This document shows, one piece after another, positions 18,047 through 33,259 of a stretch of DNA of 64,000 bases. A model generated the notes under the pieces. The model searched no databases and was not told where the DNA came from. It saw only the letters and a program-made list of their open reading frames with translations. The position numbers and the translations under genes are program-made. The stretch lies in NCBI RefSeq assembly GCF_009914755.1, contig NC_060940.1; one strand, given 5' to 3'. Within the stretch, counting starts at the first letter, position 1. Each line of letters starts with the position of its first letter. The DNA comes from the human T2T-CHM13v2.0 reference genome, Homo sapiens.

Positions 18047-19624
18047 GTGGGGAGGGGGCTACGGCGGGCGGGCGCGGCGGTGCTGCCCGGAGCCGGAGGC
18101 GGGGCGGCCGGGCCGGGCGTGGCCCCCAGACCCTGTCCCCTGTCCCCGGCGCCGGGGTCCCCGCGTCACCGTTGGCGCGGCGTCCCTCCCGGCAAGCGCC
18201 GGAACCCGGCCCCGCTGACCGCGTCCCCCAGGCGGCCTCTGTGGCTTCCAGGCCCGCGCTCCCCACTGGACCCCCGCGCCCCTTGGAGTTGTCCCCGGAC
18301 CCGGGCCGCGATCCCCCGCCTTGTCCCTCCCGGTTCCCACCGCCGCGGCGAGCGCCCGACCTCGGAGACCCTGAGGCCCCCAGACGCCGTCCTGGGCCGG
18401 CCGGGACCCGCACCTGCGGGCTGGGCGAGGCCGCGCCGGGGAAGAGTCACCCCCTCGCCCAGGCCGGGCCCGCGGTCCCCGCTGAAGTTCGCCAGTCGCT
18501 CGCCTCTGAATCCACGCGCGGGGGCTGGGCCGGCGCCGCCAACCAGGCGGGGAGCGCCCTGCCCGCTGGGAGGCCAGACAGACAGCGCCTCGCTGGGTGC
18601 AGGCAGAGAAAACCCTCTCGATGTTCTCCTTGGGTTGGTAGTCCGAACCTCCGGGCGAAATTCTCCTTGCCAAACGTGTCTTTTCCGCTCCATTCTGGTA
18701 ACTGTTTAAAAGAGGAGTTACACGTTGAAGTAAACTGTAGCGAATTCTCAGGATGCTGTTACAACCCGAGGACCGTGAGAGCCTTGCGACAAAGGGCATT
18801 TTAATACTTTAGTAAAGCAAAGCTTAACCTGATTTGCCAACTCAACTAACCAGGTTAATTAAAAGGTTGATAAGACAGTGCTTATACAAGTGTATCAGAT
18901 CTTGCAGGAGACTATCTTTTCTTTTAGCAACCTTCTTGCAAACTAGGTTGCTGTTTTAATAAAAGGAAAGGGGGGAATGCTAAAAACTGGAGAAACTGAC
19001 CAGTAAGCTGGTTAAATATAAGCTAGTGGTAGAGAATATCACTACAATTGACAGGTCAGAAAAAGCAAAATGATGTGTATTCTTAGCGCTTTGTCCCAGC
19101 AAAACCACCACGCACGCTACACTTTTAACCTTTGCATTGGGGAGATATCTGTGCTAAACTTAGAAGAAATTCAAGTGCCCTTGTAACTTCTGGTTTCTCT
19201 TGGATTTGTTTTGTGAATCCATTTGCGCTCTTTGGCGGTGGGGAGTGTGGAGGGGTGGGGGGGCGGGGCGGCAGTAGGGTCTGGGGTAGCATCGTTAGTA
19301 CAGAATTTGGATTGCTAATGTGACAGACAGCTTCTAGCTGGCAGTTCCGAGGTTTGAGCAACCCATCCCAAATTGGAGTCAGCAGACCAAAGTCTTCCCT
19401 GTTTGGGAAAATGCTGAAGAAAACTACTTTAGATGCGTTATTGTTATAGTTCTTTAAATGGCATCCGTTTGGCTTAAAAGAAGTAAATTGCAAATTGCCG
19501 AATCCTTGCTTGTTATCCTTGTTCGTTTTTCTCCATAGCACTTACCACTTTGACGTACCCCATATTTTACACATTTACTTTGGTGGTCTTTCCCAACCAC
19601 AGTGTGACCTCAATGAGGTCGTGG

Positions 19625-19922
<298 letters not shown>

Positions 19923-21146
19923 GTGTTTTCTTTTATTCACTGCTTTACTCTTTGCACCCAGAAAGAACTGTGCCTATCAGTTAATGTATTGAATGAATGA
20001 CTGCCTTTCTTTCTACCACAGCAAATGTGTACATTAGAAAATTGGCACCATCACATTTTCATAGTACACAGACGCTCAGTTATACCTAATTGAGAAACGC
20101 ACTGGATTCAGAGTTTGAAGACCCGCTTTGTGCTTCCAGCTTTTACTCATATTAGCTGTGAGTTGCTGGTAGATGACAAGGCTTCAGCTCACTAATCTGA
20201 TGAATGAGGGATAAAAATGAGTCTTCTCATTTAATCACACCTGTGAAGAAATACGTAATAGTGTTGACACCTCATAGGTCTGTTCCCATGTCTTCAAAGG
20301 TAGTACCCATTGAATTAGGAAATATCTGTAGTCCGGTTCTTTCACTTTCTAAATAAGAAAATAGGGGCTCAGTGGACATTAGTGACTTGTGTTATGAGGT
20401 TATTAGTACTTAATGGTTGAACTAGGATTAGACTCCAAATTAATTACGGCTAACCGCCTTCCTACTCTTGCCCTACCACGTTAGAGCATTACTTGTATTT
20501 CACCGTTCTCTTTGTGTAAACTTTACTGTTAGCTGGCTTACAATATCTTAGAATTAAAATGTTTATCAAGCACTTTTACATACTGTGTCATTTTGGTTTC
20601 CATTTTCAATCATCTTTAAAGAGAAGGCAGATTTTTTTTTTTTATGTTTTGTGGATAAACATGAATCAGTCAATATGTGTTTCATCAGTGACAGATGAAT
20701 TGCTTTAAGTTTATTTGGCTATTGAAGTGATAGAATGTCTTGGGATGTTTTTAAAAATTATCAATTCCGAAGCTGTTTCAAAGTAATTTGACGAATCTGT
20801 ATCACTAACTAGAAAGAAATTTGTTAATTTTGTATTTTTACTGGTAATTTTAATACCAATAATATTGGGCTTTTATAATGTACTTGTTTGTTTGAATAGC
20901 ACTTTAGAGAATTATATTGAAACAAAATATATTTATGTATTCTAGAACTTGATGTTTCTTATCTTTCCCTTTTGAAACTTAAGCATTTAGATCTGTGATA
21001 TCATTAATCTGTGAATTGAATGTTCAAAAGTTTGGTAATCTCTGAAGTTTTATAAAATTCTGATTTTGTTTAATGTCTGTGTTTGGCCTAGTGTTGGTAA
21101 CTGTCATAAGTGGTTGTGTGATTGTGTGGTTTAGAAGCAGTGGTAT

Positions 21147-21270
21147 GGCCTGGCATGGTAGCTCACACCTGTAATCCTAGCACTGTGAGAGGTGGAGGCG
21201 GGAGGATCGTTTGAGGTCAGGAGTTCGAGACTAGCCTGGGCAACATAGTGAGACCCAGTCTGTACAATAA
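21147..21270 (+). mobile_element. Alu monomer (FLAM-like)
   Basis: Left monomer. Confidence 0.82.
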
Positions 21271-21799
21271 TAAATCATGTATATAAAAAATAGGAGCAGT
21301 ATTGTCTTTTGCTTACTATGTGCCCAACAAAGGAAGCCAGTCCAACTCTGTCACACTGGGAATTAAAGTAACTTGTTTGGCATACTTTCTACTTAATATA
21401 GAAAAGTCTTTTGACTTATTGGTTTAATCTTTTATTCTGCTTTATCTTTGGTCTAGCCCTTGTTTTTCCTGCTGACACCCTTAGCAATCCTACCATATTA
21501 GAAAGATTTTAAATATAAAAGGAAAAGGCCAGAAAACTCAGCTTTGGCAACACACCCTCATGGTCAGCTCAGAGAGGACTGGCATCCCCGGGTTATGTAG
21601 AGAGAGCACGTGTCATGCAGCCCTAGGGTGCAGCTGCTCCAGGAAGGAGGCAGGACCTCCTGCGGTCCCTCAGCTCAGTAAATGGCATGCATGCCCCTTT
21701 CCCAGCATGCTCCTTTCCCAAAGCTTTTCCTCCTTTTGGTTCCTGGGTGAGATTTTCTCTTTGGTTTGTTGGGGAAACTAAACCTAAAAGTAGTTGACA

Positions 21800-21991
21800 G
21801 GCTGGGCGCAGTGGCTCATGGCTGTAATTACAGCACTTCGGGAGGCTGAGGCGGGAGGATCCCTTGACCCCGGGAGTTCCAGGATGCAGTGAGCTATGAC
21901 TGCCACTGCACTGCAGCCTGCCTGGGTGACAGAGACCCTGTCTCTTAAATTAAAAAAAAAATAGATATAGATTATATATATATATATATAT
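21800..21991 (+). mobile_element. Alu monomer (FRAM/FAM-like) with (TA)n tail
   Basis: Single monomer with right-arm 3' end, then poly-A and (AT)n. Confidence 0.8.
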
Positions 21992-24900
21992 CTAACAACC
22001 TTTCTAAGAATGGCAAAACCGAATTCATAGTCATAAGCACCCACAGAGCCTTTTCTTTCTCATCAACTCTGAGACCTTCTGGGGAAAGCTCCCTGCGGCT
22101 TGCAGGAAATTTATTTTTCTTTTGAATATTACAGTTTGGTCTGCTTCATGTCTGAGGCTCTTCCGATTCTGGCACAGTCCCATTGATCTGATGCAAAGTT
22201 CAGACCCATTTCTCTCCTGAGCTGTGGTTCTTGGTGAGTAATGTATGTGAAAAGGATTTGAAAATGAACGGCTATGTGCTTCTGCAGTGACATTATGGTG
22301 GCTCTGTACAGGTTTCCAGTCCTGTGATCACTTGTAAAATTTAGGGTTTTCTGGAGACCTATTGCAACAAAAGTTTGTTTAGCTCTCAGTCCTGGAGAGA
22401 AAATGAAAAAAAAGATTCCTAAGATTTTTAGATCCTTTGATGAGTCAGCTAAGAATGTAAGTGGCTTCCCCCCGACCCCCCCTTATTTTTTGAGAGAAGG
22501 CAGGTCTAGTGAGGATAGAATGAGACATAGGGCCTCAAATCCAGCCTAGGTCATCATGAGCGACTTTTCTGGGCTCTAGCTTCCTTATCTGTGAAGTGAG
22601 GTGGTTGGGCTACATGGACAGCAAATCCCCTTTAAGTCTAAGTTATGTAGCTCTATGCTATTTTTGTTTTGCCTCATGTGTATGTGTTGTGAGGAGGAGG
22701 ACCTGTTTCTGTTTTTATAGCTTTATTGTGTCATTTAAAGTTTTGTTTTATGTTAATATTAAAGCATTTCCATTCCCCTGTCATACAGGACTTTATTGGG
22801 TATTCTGTTGTATAAATCCAGGCCTGTAGAGTTGTATCACAACAATCATTTATTTTATGCTGTTAATCTGGGTATGTTCCAAGGCCTAATTATTGATGAG
22901 CCTGTTTTGCCATTTAAATATAAAGTTTGACTCACAGATGATACTGATGAAACTACTTAAGGAGACTAATAGGATCTCTGTAGGAGGTCCAAGTTTCATA
23001 GTAACATAGACATTATTTTTTGAATATCTGAAACATACACTGTAGTTTAATGTCACATGGGCACTAAAGTCCGTGAGTACTATGTGGTGTGTGCAGAGCC
23101 TGCTTTTCATCCCCAGTTTACTTTTGTTGATTAATTTATGTGAATAACTGCATAGCCTCTTATTAGATTCTTTGCTTCCCTGTTAATGCTGAGAATACAC
23201 TCCCGAGGCAGCAGTATCCACTAAGTGTTCCCTGGTAATGAGAGCCTGGCTGTGAAGCAAAGTGATTTCACAGTAATGTTCAGTTAATAATGTTTTGCTT
23301 TCTTTACAATATTTTCATAATCTTTTCTTCACTTGTGTTTCGAGTTTATAGTCTTCATAGCAGCTCCCGAATGATTGTCATAAGGATCTTGAATAGTGAT
23401 TGTAGCCTGTGAAGTTTCTTAGTGCTCAGGGGTTCAGTTAGAAGCTCCAGTTTCTGAGTATCTTTTGAAATCCTGAGCACACTTAAAATAAAATTGACAT
23501 TACCTGTTCCTTGTACTCTTATGGTGATGGAAAATAAGCTGGGCTTGAGTCTCTTTTAAGGGATCTAGACTTTGTTTTTATCTACTTACTATAAGGCGTT
23601 CCTAACAACTGCTCAGAAGATGAAATTTGTCCAGAAGGTCTTGATAGTTTAATGGTTCTCAGTGATTTTCCTTTTCTTTTTTTTTTCCTTTTTTCTTTTT
23701 TGTAATCACAACCTTGTTTGATTAAACCCTATTCTTACTGAGTTTTTCAAAAGCGATAATAACTATGTTCAGTTTCAGAAGATCAAAGACATATTTTATC
23801 CAGGCTTCTAAGGAAACTAAGCACTTGTAAATTTCAATTTAACACAGATTACTCATGTCAGTTTAAAGATATTTGTTTATTTTATATAACACAGTGGTTG
23901 CCACTGTTAGTAGCAGTAGATGTTCTAATTCTGGAGAGGTTTTTGGAAGGTTTCAAATGATGAAACAAATCAACAAAATTCTTGTTAGACTAGTGTCTGT
24001 AGCATAGAGGGAAGTGTGGGGTGTTCAGATTTATCGTAGAACTTTCCCGAGGATTGTTATTATGAGTAATAGTAATGTGATAGGAGTAAAACCTAGCTCT
24101 GGTTAATTTTCTCTAGTGGATAAGTCCTCACTCTTTTACCTATACTGTTTTTACTTCTGCCTCTTCTTATAGTTTGCATTTTCTCCTGTGATGTCTCCTT
24201 CAATGTTCTTAAATTAGTTTTTGTTATATAATTTAGGATTGAAGTAAAATGCTCTTCCACATAGAAACTCTGGTTCCTTAGGATTTATATTTGGATGATA
24301 TAGAGTAAGCATCCAGTTTTCAAAACCGCCTTATCCATTGTTTAAAGTGTTAATGAGTTCTTATGATATCAAAGTGGGACTTAAAATCTATTTATAATTT
24401 GTAAGGAAAACATAATTAGGACAAATAAGGGTTCATTTGGTCTGTGAGTGCCATGCAATAAGTTCTTCACAGGGTTGCATCATCCTTCTGAAAGACACAA
24501 GACTATCATTTTGTGTACTAAAGCTGTAATATAAATGAATGATTTGTGAGTTTGAATTCTGGGTTAAGGGTGGAGATACGGGGGTGTGAGATGTGACACG
24601 TGGCAGGCTATGGTTGCGACCTTGCATTTGAGCGCTTCCCATGGGTTCTCTTCCTCCTAAGCCACAACAAATCCAAAGAAGGAAGGAAATCAAAGGCTCA
24701 GGTAAAGGTGGCAGCTCTGGCTCTGTGGAGGATAAAGATTCTATGTCCATCTAGATGGCCCGACACTCTACCAGAGTTCCTGATTCTGGTGCTTGGAAGA
24801 GCAGAGTTAAATCATCTTCCTAAGTACTTAGGGCCAAAGAGTGACTTAGCCATAGAATGATGGTCAGATGTTTGCTGCATTCATTTCTCTCTGGGAATGT

Positions 24901-27794
24901 GAATGCCCTAATTTCTCATAAAGATTATTACAGAAATACTGCAAAATAGAAATACGTAGTACTTTGCCATTTGCTATTATAGTGAAGGGATTTGGACTTT
25001 TCCTCTGTTCAAATAAGTTAGAAAAATGGAATACTTAGGTAAATAAGATCTTGGTGAAATATTTTGTTGGTTATCTCCAGTGTTCACCACATGCAGAGGA
25101 GATAAGACATCTCAGCAGCGGCTAGGTACTAGCAAGATGGTGGCAACCAACTGGCAAGGCCTTTGCCCTTCTGGAGCCTCCATTTCAATAGAGTAAGGCT
25201 TAGAGGGCCAATGCGTATCATAAATGGAAGATAGGAGGACTAGTTTTTAAAAGTTGACTGTTGAATAATGAAATACAGACCAATTAAATATCTTTGGGGT
25301 TTATTTGGATTTGAGTTTTTATAGAAACTTAAATGTATATTTTTGCTCGTAGATATTTTGTGGTTCTCTCAACTACAAAGTTGTTTATGTTTTTAAGAAC
25401 AATTTTAAAGACCATTTGATGCTTGTGATTTTTATGGTAACATATTAATATGACTAGATATATTTTGAAACATAGTTTTATGGTCCTATTAGCATTCATC
25501 AGTAACCAGTTGCCTACACCTCTGAATAATAGTAAATGGTTTAGTATTACTGAGCTCAAAATATTTGCACTTTTGTCACTTAAATTGTTTATATTGATCA
25601 GTCCCTGAATTGTAAGAAACTTCATACTGAAACCTCACATTTAGGCTGTGAGTTTGATATGAGTCTTTTCTAACCCACAGAGAACATTCACTAGAAATGA
25701 AGCCAGAAGTTTAAGGACAGCGGGATTTTGAAGGACAATGAAAATCCTTAGAAAGTTCCCTGATATTCGTGTTTGCCATTCTCCTCTCCATGCCACAGCC
25801 CCCAGTCTACTTCAGTGATGGAGCTGGAGGCCAGCAGGACCCATTGGTTAATTGTATAGTCTTCCATTTGGTTAGTCCAGGGAATAGTTTCCCACAACTT
25901 CTAGCTTCTCTTCCTTACATGAAAGTTGGTACAGGGATTTGACACTTAGTATAACAGATAAGAGACTTCTCTCGGGGTTTTTGGTGGGTTTGTTTGTTCT
26001 CCTGCTTGGCCTCCTTAACAGCTACTGTCTTGTGCGACCAAAGCTATCAACTTTGTTCCCCGCCTAAAAATTACAATGCCTGCTGTTGGTAGGAAAGGAA
26101 TAGACATCTCATTTTTATCACCCCCTGAGTGGGGTGCTTGAGCAAAAGAGGTTACCATTTCCTTTATTTATAGGCTTCTTTCATAGTGATCAGAAAAGGG
26201 GTTATGAAAATATTCACTGTCATAATAAGTCTTGGGACATCCTTAAGAAATGTCATCACTGCCTTAACCCATATGCTGTGGGGTTGTGTTTACCAATAAT
26301 AGATTGCAGTTCAAGAATTAGCATTGTCTAAAGTTATTGAGATATACTGTGTATTGTTTCTTCACAGATATATTTCACAGTAAAGGGACCTTCTATATAA
26401 TTAGGGTGTTGTTTAGGGAGTTGATTACAGGTTTAGTCGTTTAATACATACACAGGAGATAACTCAAGACATCTCAGCAGCATCTATGTACTGGCAAGAT
26501 GGTGGCAACCAACTGACAAGGCCACTGTCCTCCTGGAGCCTCCATTTCAGTCATTTACAGAGGATTGCGCCCTCCAGGACTCCATCCTCTTGTGCTGCCT
26601 GCCATTGGAGCATTGTATTCAGTGGCCTCCCACAGAGAGTATCAAAACTAACCCAGTATGTGGAGACCTATGTCAGTCTATTTATTTTTCTATCTCTGTG
26701 GGGCTGGAGAAGGAAATAAACATAAAACTAAAGATTTAAAGATTACTTTTGATTTCACTTAGTTTTTTTATAACATCCTTGTGTTATGGGTAGTTTCAGA
26801 ATCTCAAGAATGAGCAGAGAATAGATTTGCTGTGTTTATCAGAGTAGAAACTTCTGATAGTCTGCCCTAAAAGAATTTAATTGGCTGATTTGACCCTTTA
26901 TTATTATAGTGTTACCCCAATTAATCACATTTACAGAAATGACTTTCTTTAAGTAGAGAACATCAGTTCTTGGCTAAGCCTCTCTAATATGCCCGTTTGT
27001 TCATTGCCCTTTCTAGACGGAGTGCCAGCATCCATGGGGGCTACCTGGGGAGGTGAGCAGTAAAGGGGTCTAATTACAGAGCCATATGAGTTTGCCGAAG
27101 GAAGTCCACAGAGGATGAGCATGGCTGCTGCTGTGGCCTGGGTGACGGGATCCCTGCTCCGAGGTGGTGCCATTGAAACTGAGATCTGAGGGAGGAGGAG
27201 ACCTAGGCATGAGAAGAGCAGGGGGAGGCACCAGGATCAGGGGTGGCACCAGGACTAGGTCAGGCCTCTCTGGGAACAGAACACCACATACCTGGAGATG
27301 GTGAGCAAAGGGTGGGATGGCATCGACAACAGATTAGAGGCTGGGAAGGCCTGTGATCCCTGAGTTAGAGCTGGCATTTAGACTGCTTCCAAAGAAGATG
27401 AAACTTCTGCTGCCATGTTGTGTATTGGGAGCTGGCTGGGGAGGTGATAGGATATGAGAAAGGGACAAAAAAGCAATTGATGGCATAGTTGAGTCTGATA
27501 GAGAGTTTAGGCTTTATCTTACGGGCTATGGATGGGCAGTGGTGTATTTTAAAAGAGGAATATTTGTTTGTGTATTGTTTTAAAGTCACTCCAATGCAGT
27601 GCTGCTGGGTGTGCTCTATAAAAGCCAAGAGTGGAACCAGCGGCCGTTTCAGCAGGTGCTGCAGTTGTTCAGATGGAAAGTGGGATGCCCTGGGCCAGGT
27701 TTGGCAGTGGAGGCGGACACAGCAGCTGGATTACAGACATTTGGCACCAGGACATGTTGATGAGGAAAAGGGCAGACCAGGGATGACTCGCAGC

Positions 27795-27846
27795 CAGGGA
27801 TGGCTCCCAGGCAGGGATGGCTCCCAGGCACGGATGCTCCCAGGCA
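27795..27846. repeat. 17-bp minisatellite x3 (cagggatggctcccagg)
   Basis: Seen directly. Confidence 0.85.
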
Positions 27847-29001
27847 TGCTGTTGGCTTCTTCATCGTCACCAACAGATGATGTTCATCACACTTACAGTA
27901 GGCATTAAAGTCAGGACAGTTTAGGAAGACTAGTGAAATACAGAGCTTACTCTCAAGTTTTACAGCTTAGTTGTGAAAAAACAAAGTATAGAACAAAAGC
28001 TATTTTAATTTTACAGATACTTCTAGCTGTAGGAATTGCGAGGGGAAGAACTACTTGGGCGATCACATATGGAGGAAATGGTATTTGAACAAAGCCTTGG
28101 AGAGGATGAGTAGGAGTTGGGTGGGTGAAAGGGGACAGCAGGGCCATTGAGGCAGAACAAAGGATAAATGCAGGAACATCAGGCTTGTGTTTGGGGTAGT
28201 GAATAGGAACAGTGGCTGGGAGGAAGGTAAGACATATTCTAGCATGCCGGGTTATTGGTTTAGATTTTTACTTTATCATCAGTTGCTAATCATTAAAGAC
28301 TAGTACCATACTGAAGCCCTACTTTAAGAAGGCATTTAGTTGCTGTGTATCTACAGGACCAGGAAGGGATGAACATGGAGCTACTAGACCAATTGAGAGC
28401 AGCGCACTGGGACAGTGTCCTAGGCATCAAGATGGTGGTGGGTCTCCAGAATTAAGGAGGAAATCAACTGGATGCTAATTGAACATGAGAACTAAGAATG
28501 AAGAAAAAAGAAGAGATAACAGTTTTGAGCCTGGCTGCCTAGGGAAAGTGGGGAAGACAACAGTCTGTCTTAAATGTGTTGAATTTGAATTAACATTGCT
28601 GTTTAAACACCTTAATTATATTCTTCTAGCCCTTGACAGCTCTGCAGAGTACTTCACCTGTCTGTGAATATGTTTTGCTTTCTGCATGTGTTTCTTGTCT
28701 CTCTGCCTTTCTTGACTTCCTACTCTTGCTTGCAGATAATTTCATATTCATCCTTCAAGGCCTGGTTCAAGTATCCCTTCCTCTGTAAGATTTTTCCAAC
28801 TCTGCCAAATAATCACTCCCTCCAGCAGACTCCTTTAGTTCATGGTGTGTGCCTTCAGCAAGGAGTGCATCATCGCCTCATTTAGTGTGGAAAACCAGTA
28901 GACATATGGAGTGGGTGATTTTAAAGCCCATCATCTTTTTTGTCCAGGGCCAGGGGCACTCAGTCCGTAAGCAGAACTTTCATACGTAAGATAATTGAGT
29001 T

Positions 29002-29669
<668 letters not shown>

Positions 29670-31569
29670 GTCCTGCCGAAAAAGTAAAAGGTCAGAGTTC
29701 AGGATGCTGAATATACTACATCCAAGTAAGGTTGAACTTTCTGCCATAGCATTTTACTATGTAGCTGAATACGTTTGTGGGGTAGGGCAAAGGGACAGAA
29801 TAAACCATTTTGCAACAGAGTTTAGAGTCTTACTTTTGGACTGTTTTAGATGGCATGGTCAGCTCCCACGAATTCAATTTCTGATGCCAAGAAAGCTGAG
29901 AGAAGAAGAGACCGAATTCTTTATTCAGAAAGAGTAGCTCTGATGAGAGAGCGTTTTGTCCCAACATGACTAAAGAATTAATTGAGAAGCATTCATTTCC
30001 TTGACAACATTTTGGAAGGCATTTTCAGCTTCAAGTTGTTTGGAGAAGTTTATAGCAGTGGATTATAAATTAAGGAGGCGCCAGAAGCAAAAAGGTGGTT
30101 TTCAGATGGAGCTTAAACATGCTAACGGGAAGTTCATCCTGGAGCTGCCTCTTATTTATTAAAGGGAACTGGAGGGGTGTACTGGAGGCTGTAGTTTTTG
30201 TTTCCCCTACTCCACTATCTCCTTTCCTAAAAAAGGAAAAAGGGGGCAGTCTCTTAAAGTTCACTTAATGCTTCGGTTTGAACTACACAAAAAAGACAAG
30301 TACAAAGACAATAATAAATTCACATAAATTCCTGCTTTCATTTTGGATTTATTTAGGAGGCCTACTTTCTTTGAAAAGGCATAAAATCTTCCTTGTAACT
30401 CTCTACATTGGGAAAGAGAAAATGGAAAGTGAGTAGAAACATGAACTTGCTTCTGAAGTATGGAGCTCCTATAGTATTTAAAGTGCTGCCTGTGTACTGT
30501 AGCAAGAAAGAACCAGATAAGCCAGTTTTTAATTAGACAGGGGAAACTTGTAAGAGTGCTCCCCAAAGTGAAGGGGCTTATTCTTGAGATGCTCATTTGC
30601 ATGGGGGTCTTAAGGTTATATAGAAAGAGCCTTTTAATAGCCTCCGAAATAGAATAGCAAAGTAGAAAATCTAGAACTGTTTGACAGGTTGTGGCACGAA
30701 TGCCTTCCTTTTATGTACCTTTCCAAAAGGTCAGGGTGTGACCAGAACAAGGAATCAGACTTGTTTCATTGAAGCAGAATTTCTTGGCTTCACCAGTTGC
30801 TGCGTCATCGTTTTAATCGTCTTTGAACTCTTAAAATTTTAACATGCATTTTCAAACCTTGTCTTTTAAGAGAGAAATTTTATTGACTGCTTTACTTTCA
30901 AAATGACGCGAACTAGATTTAAATTTAAAAAATCTATACACACAAAAAATTGGGAAATTACATTGGAGCTTCATTTATGTTGCCCTCAATTTCTGGTTCT
31001 GAACAGTATACTTAATGTATAGTTACAGTTGAAGTAGTTGAAATCTATATTTACCTGTTATTTACAGTTCGTCTTTTTACTTGAATTCATTTCACATCTC
31101 TCTCGTATCTCAATGTAATGCCCATAGTTGTCATTTTTAATAGCTGTTATTACATCATATTACTGTTTCATATTCTGTGCTTCAGAAATGTCATTCTCTT
31201 TGCCATTTAATTTGCAGGCTGAATGATGACACCATAAACAAATCAGAAAAAGAGTTTGGGTTCTTTTTGTATTTTTTGTGACTACAGGTAAACCTACTTT
31301 GGAGACTATATCCCAGATCTGAAGATAGAAACAGATTTGTTATTTGTTGTGTGAAGCCAGGTTACTGTCCAGGAAAACTGTCTTATCATATAAAGACCCT
31401 ACCAGTGTGTATCTTATTTTTTTTTTTTTAGATCTATCACCATTTTTTTTAGATCTATCACCATTCCTTCATCACTTTTGGAAATCATTTCTCAAAAATC
31501 GTTACTTCACTTATCTGTTAGACTGGATTTTAAAGTGTTGTGTGTTTGCTATTGTAAAAATATTCAGAG

Positions 31570-31745
31570 CAGGGATTGGCAGACTTTTTCTCTGAAGGGT
31601 TAGAAATAATTTTGTGCTTTGCAAGCCACATGTGGTCTTGGTCACATATTCTTCTTTGTTTTTGTTTTAATAACCTTTTAAAAATATAACAACCATTTCT
31701 ATCTCCGTGGCTAAACAGGCAGCAGGTTGTAATTTGTCACCGTTT
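31570..31745. mobile_element. hAT MITE (MER58-like)
   Basis: cagggattggcagactttttc...aagggttag terminus. Confidence 0.55.
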
Positions 31746-33259
31746 CATCTACAGTATTAGATGTTTAAAAATCTGGGCGTAAAATCTTTTAACTCTGAAG
31801 GTCATGTTTAAAATGCTAATTAGACATAATGATGATTTACATGCCAATCTTCTGTAGAGCAAAGATTGATAGTCAAGGCCTATCCTCCCTGACTGTCTCA
31901 TCTCCCACCCTTTTTCTCCTGTTGTTTGTTCTCTTCTCTTTTTTTTTCCTTCTCTCCTGGCTTCTTTGCCCCAGCAGAAAAGTCTGCTCATCTTTTCCAG
32001 TGCCTGGCGTGTAGGAGATGTGCACATGTTGAACAAACGCATCTGTTAAAAGCAAGCAGAGGAAGCATAGATTCATTCAGGGCAACTGGAATCCGTGTTC
32101 CTGGGTTGCCGCCCTCAAATGTGGCCAAATAAACTCTCTACTTATATTGGAAAAAAAGAAAAAAAGTAAACAGACTCTGCATCCTCTTCTTACAAGTGCA
32201 TAATTTCCCTGACCTTGCAACCAGGCTTCTTGAAAGAAAAGTATCTCTTTATCTTGTGCACAGTCTCAGCTCCTGGTTTTTGTTCAGTCTGCAGTTAGGC
32301 TCATGTCTTACCACTCCATCAAAACTGTTCTTTAAAAAATTGCAGTGTATAATTGCCAAATCAAGTGAAAACTTAAGTGTTTATCTTGACCTGTCTGCTG
32401 TATTTATCAGATCATTTTGTTGATATATTTTGTTGATACTTGGTCTCTCCAGGCTTCTGTGGCACCTCTTGTCCCATGTTCCTCACAGCCTGTTTTTCTG
32501 GCTCTCCTCCCCATCTGTCCCTATACCTTGATTAGACATAAGATTCCATTCTCACCCTGCACTGTCTCCCACGGTGATCTCATCTACCCCAGAGAAGCTA
32601 CTGCCTTGACCTCTTTCCTGAGCCCCAGACCCACTGATACCAAGCCCGCTACATGGCCACCTTAAACCCAGTCAACCTAGCTCCCTCCCCCAGCCAGTGG
32701 GCTGTCCTCCATTGACTGTGTGGGTTAGTATACTACCAGACTCCCCAGGAGAAATCTAGGAGGCAGCAGAGATATCACCACCTCGCTCACTCTCAGCATC
32801 TAATTGATGCCCAGACCTCTCGTTTCTACCTCTCAGATCTCTGGAATCTGCCTTCTCTTCACCATTGCCACTGGCCCTGCCCCTCCTCAAGTGCCAGCTT
32901 TCATCAGTTCTGACTTGTGGCAGGACCTCTCACTGGTCTGTCTGCCTCCCTGCTCAGCCCCCGTCAGTCTCCACACTGCTGCCGCCAGAGTGATGTTTCT
33001 AGAATGTAATCGGATAATGTTTAAAACTCTAATATCTCCAGAGACAAGGCTGATTCAGTGCTGGGGCAGGAAAAAGACACCAAGAGGCTGGAGCATTTTG
33101 TGCCAGAAAGCACTGAGGAGCTCAGAAGACAGGCTTTGTGCAGGGCACAGGAGCCACCCAGAAGGGACTCCCAGAGGCCAATACCTCAGCAATGTGAGCA
33201 AGAAAATAAATCACAGTATAACATTGGATTCTACTCCAGATAATAAGATAAACACCCAT

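Larger units (their letters stand above)
17450..18720. promoter_or_regulatory. CpG island covering the GAN promoter, exon 1 and start of intron 1
   Basis: Very high GC and CpG density against a CpG-depleted background. Confidence 0.93.

Noticed and set aside
17766-18804. Several long ORFs (175-303 aa) on both strands over exon 1 and intron 1
   Set aside because: Pro/Arg/Gly/Ala-rich, mostly non-ATG starts; expected from stop-codon scarcity in a CpG island.
31420-31465. 22-bp tandem duplication ttttttttagatctatcaccat
   Set aside because: Ordinary slippage next to a poly-T tract.
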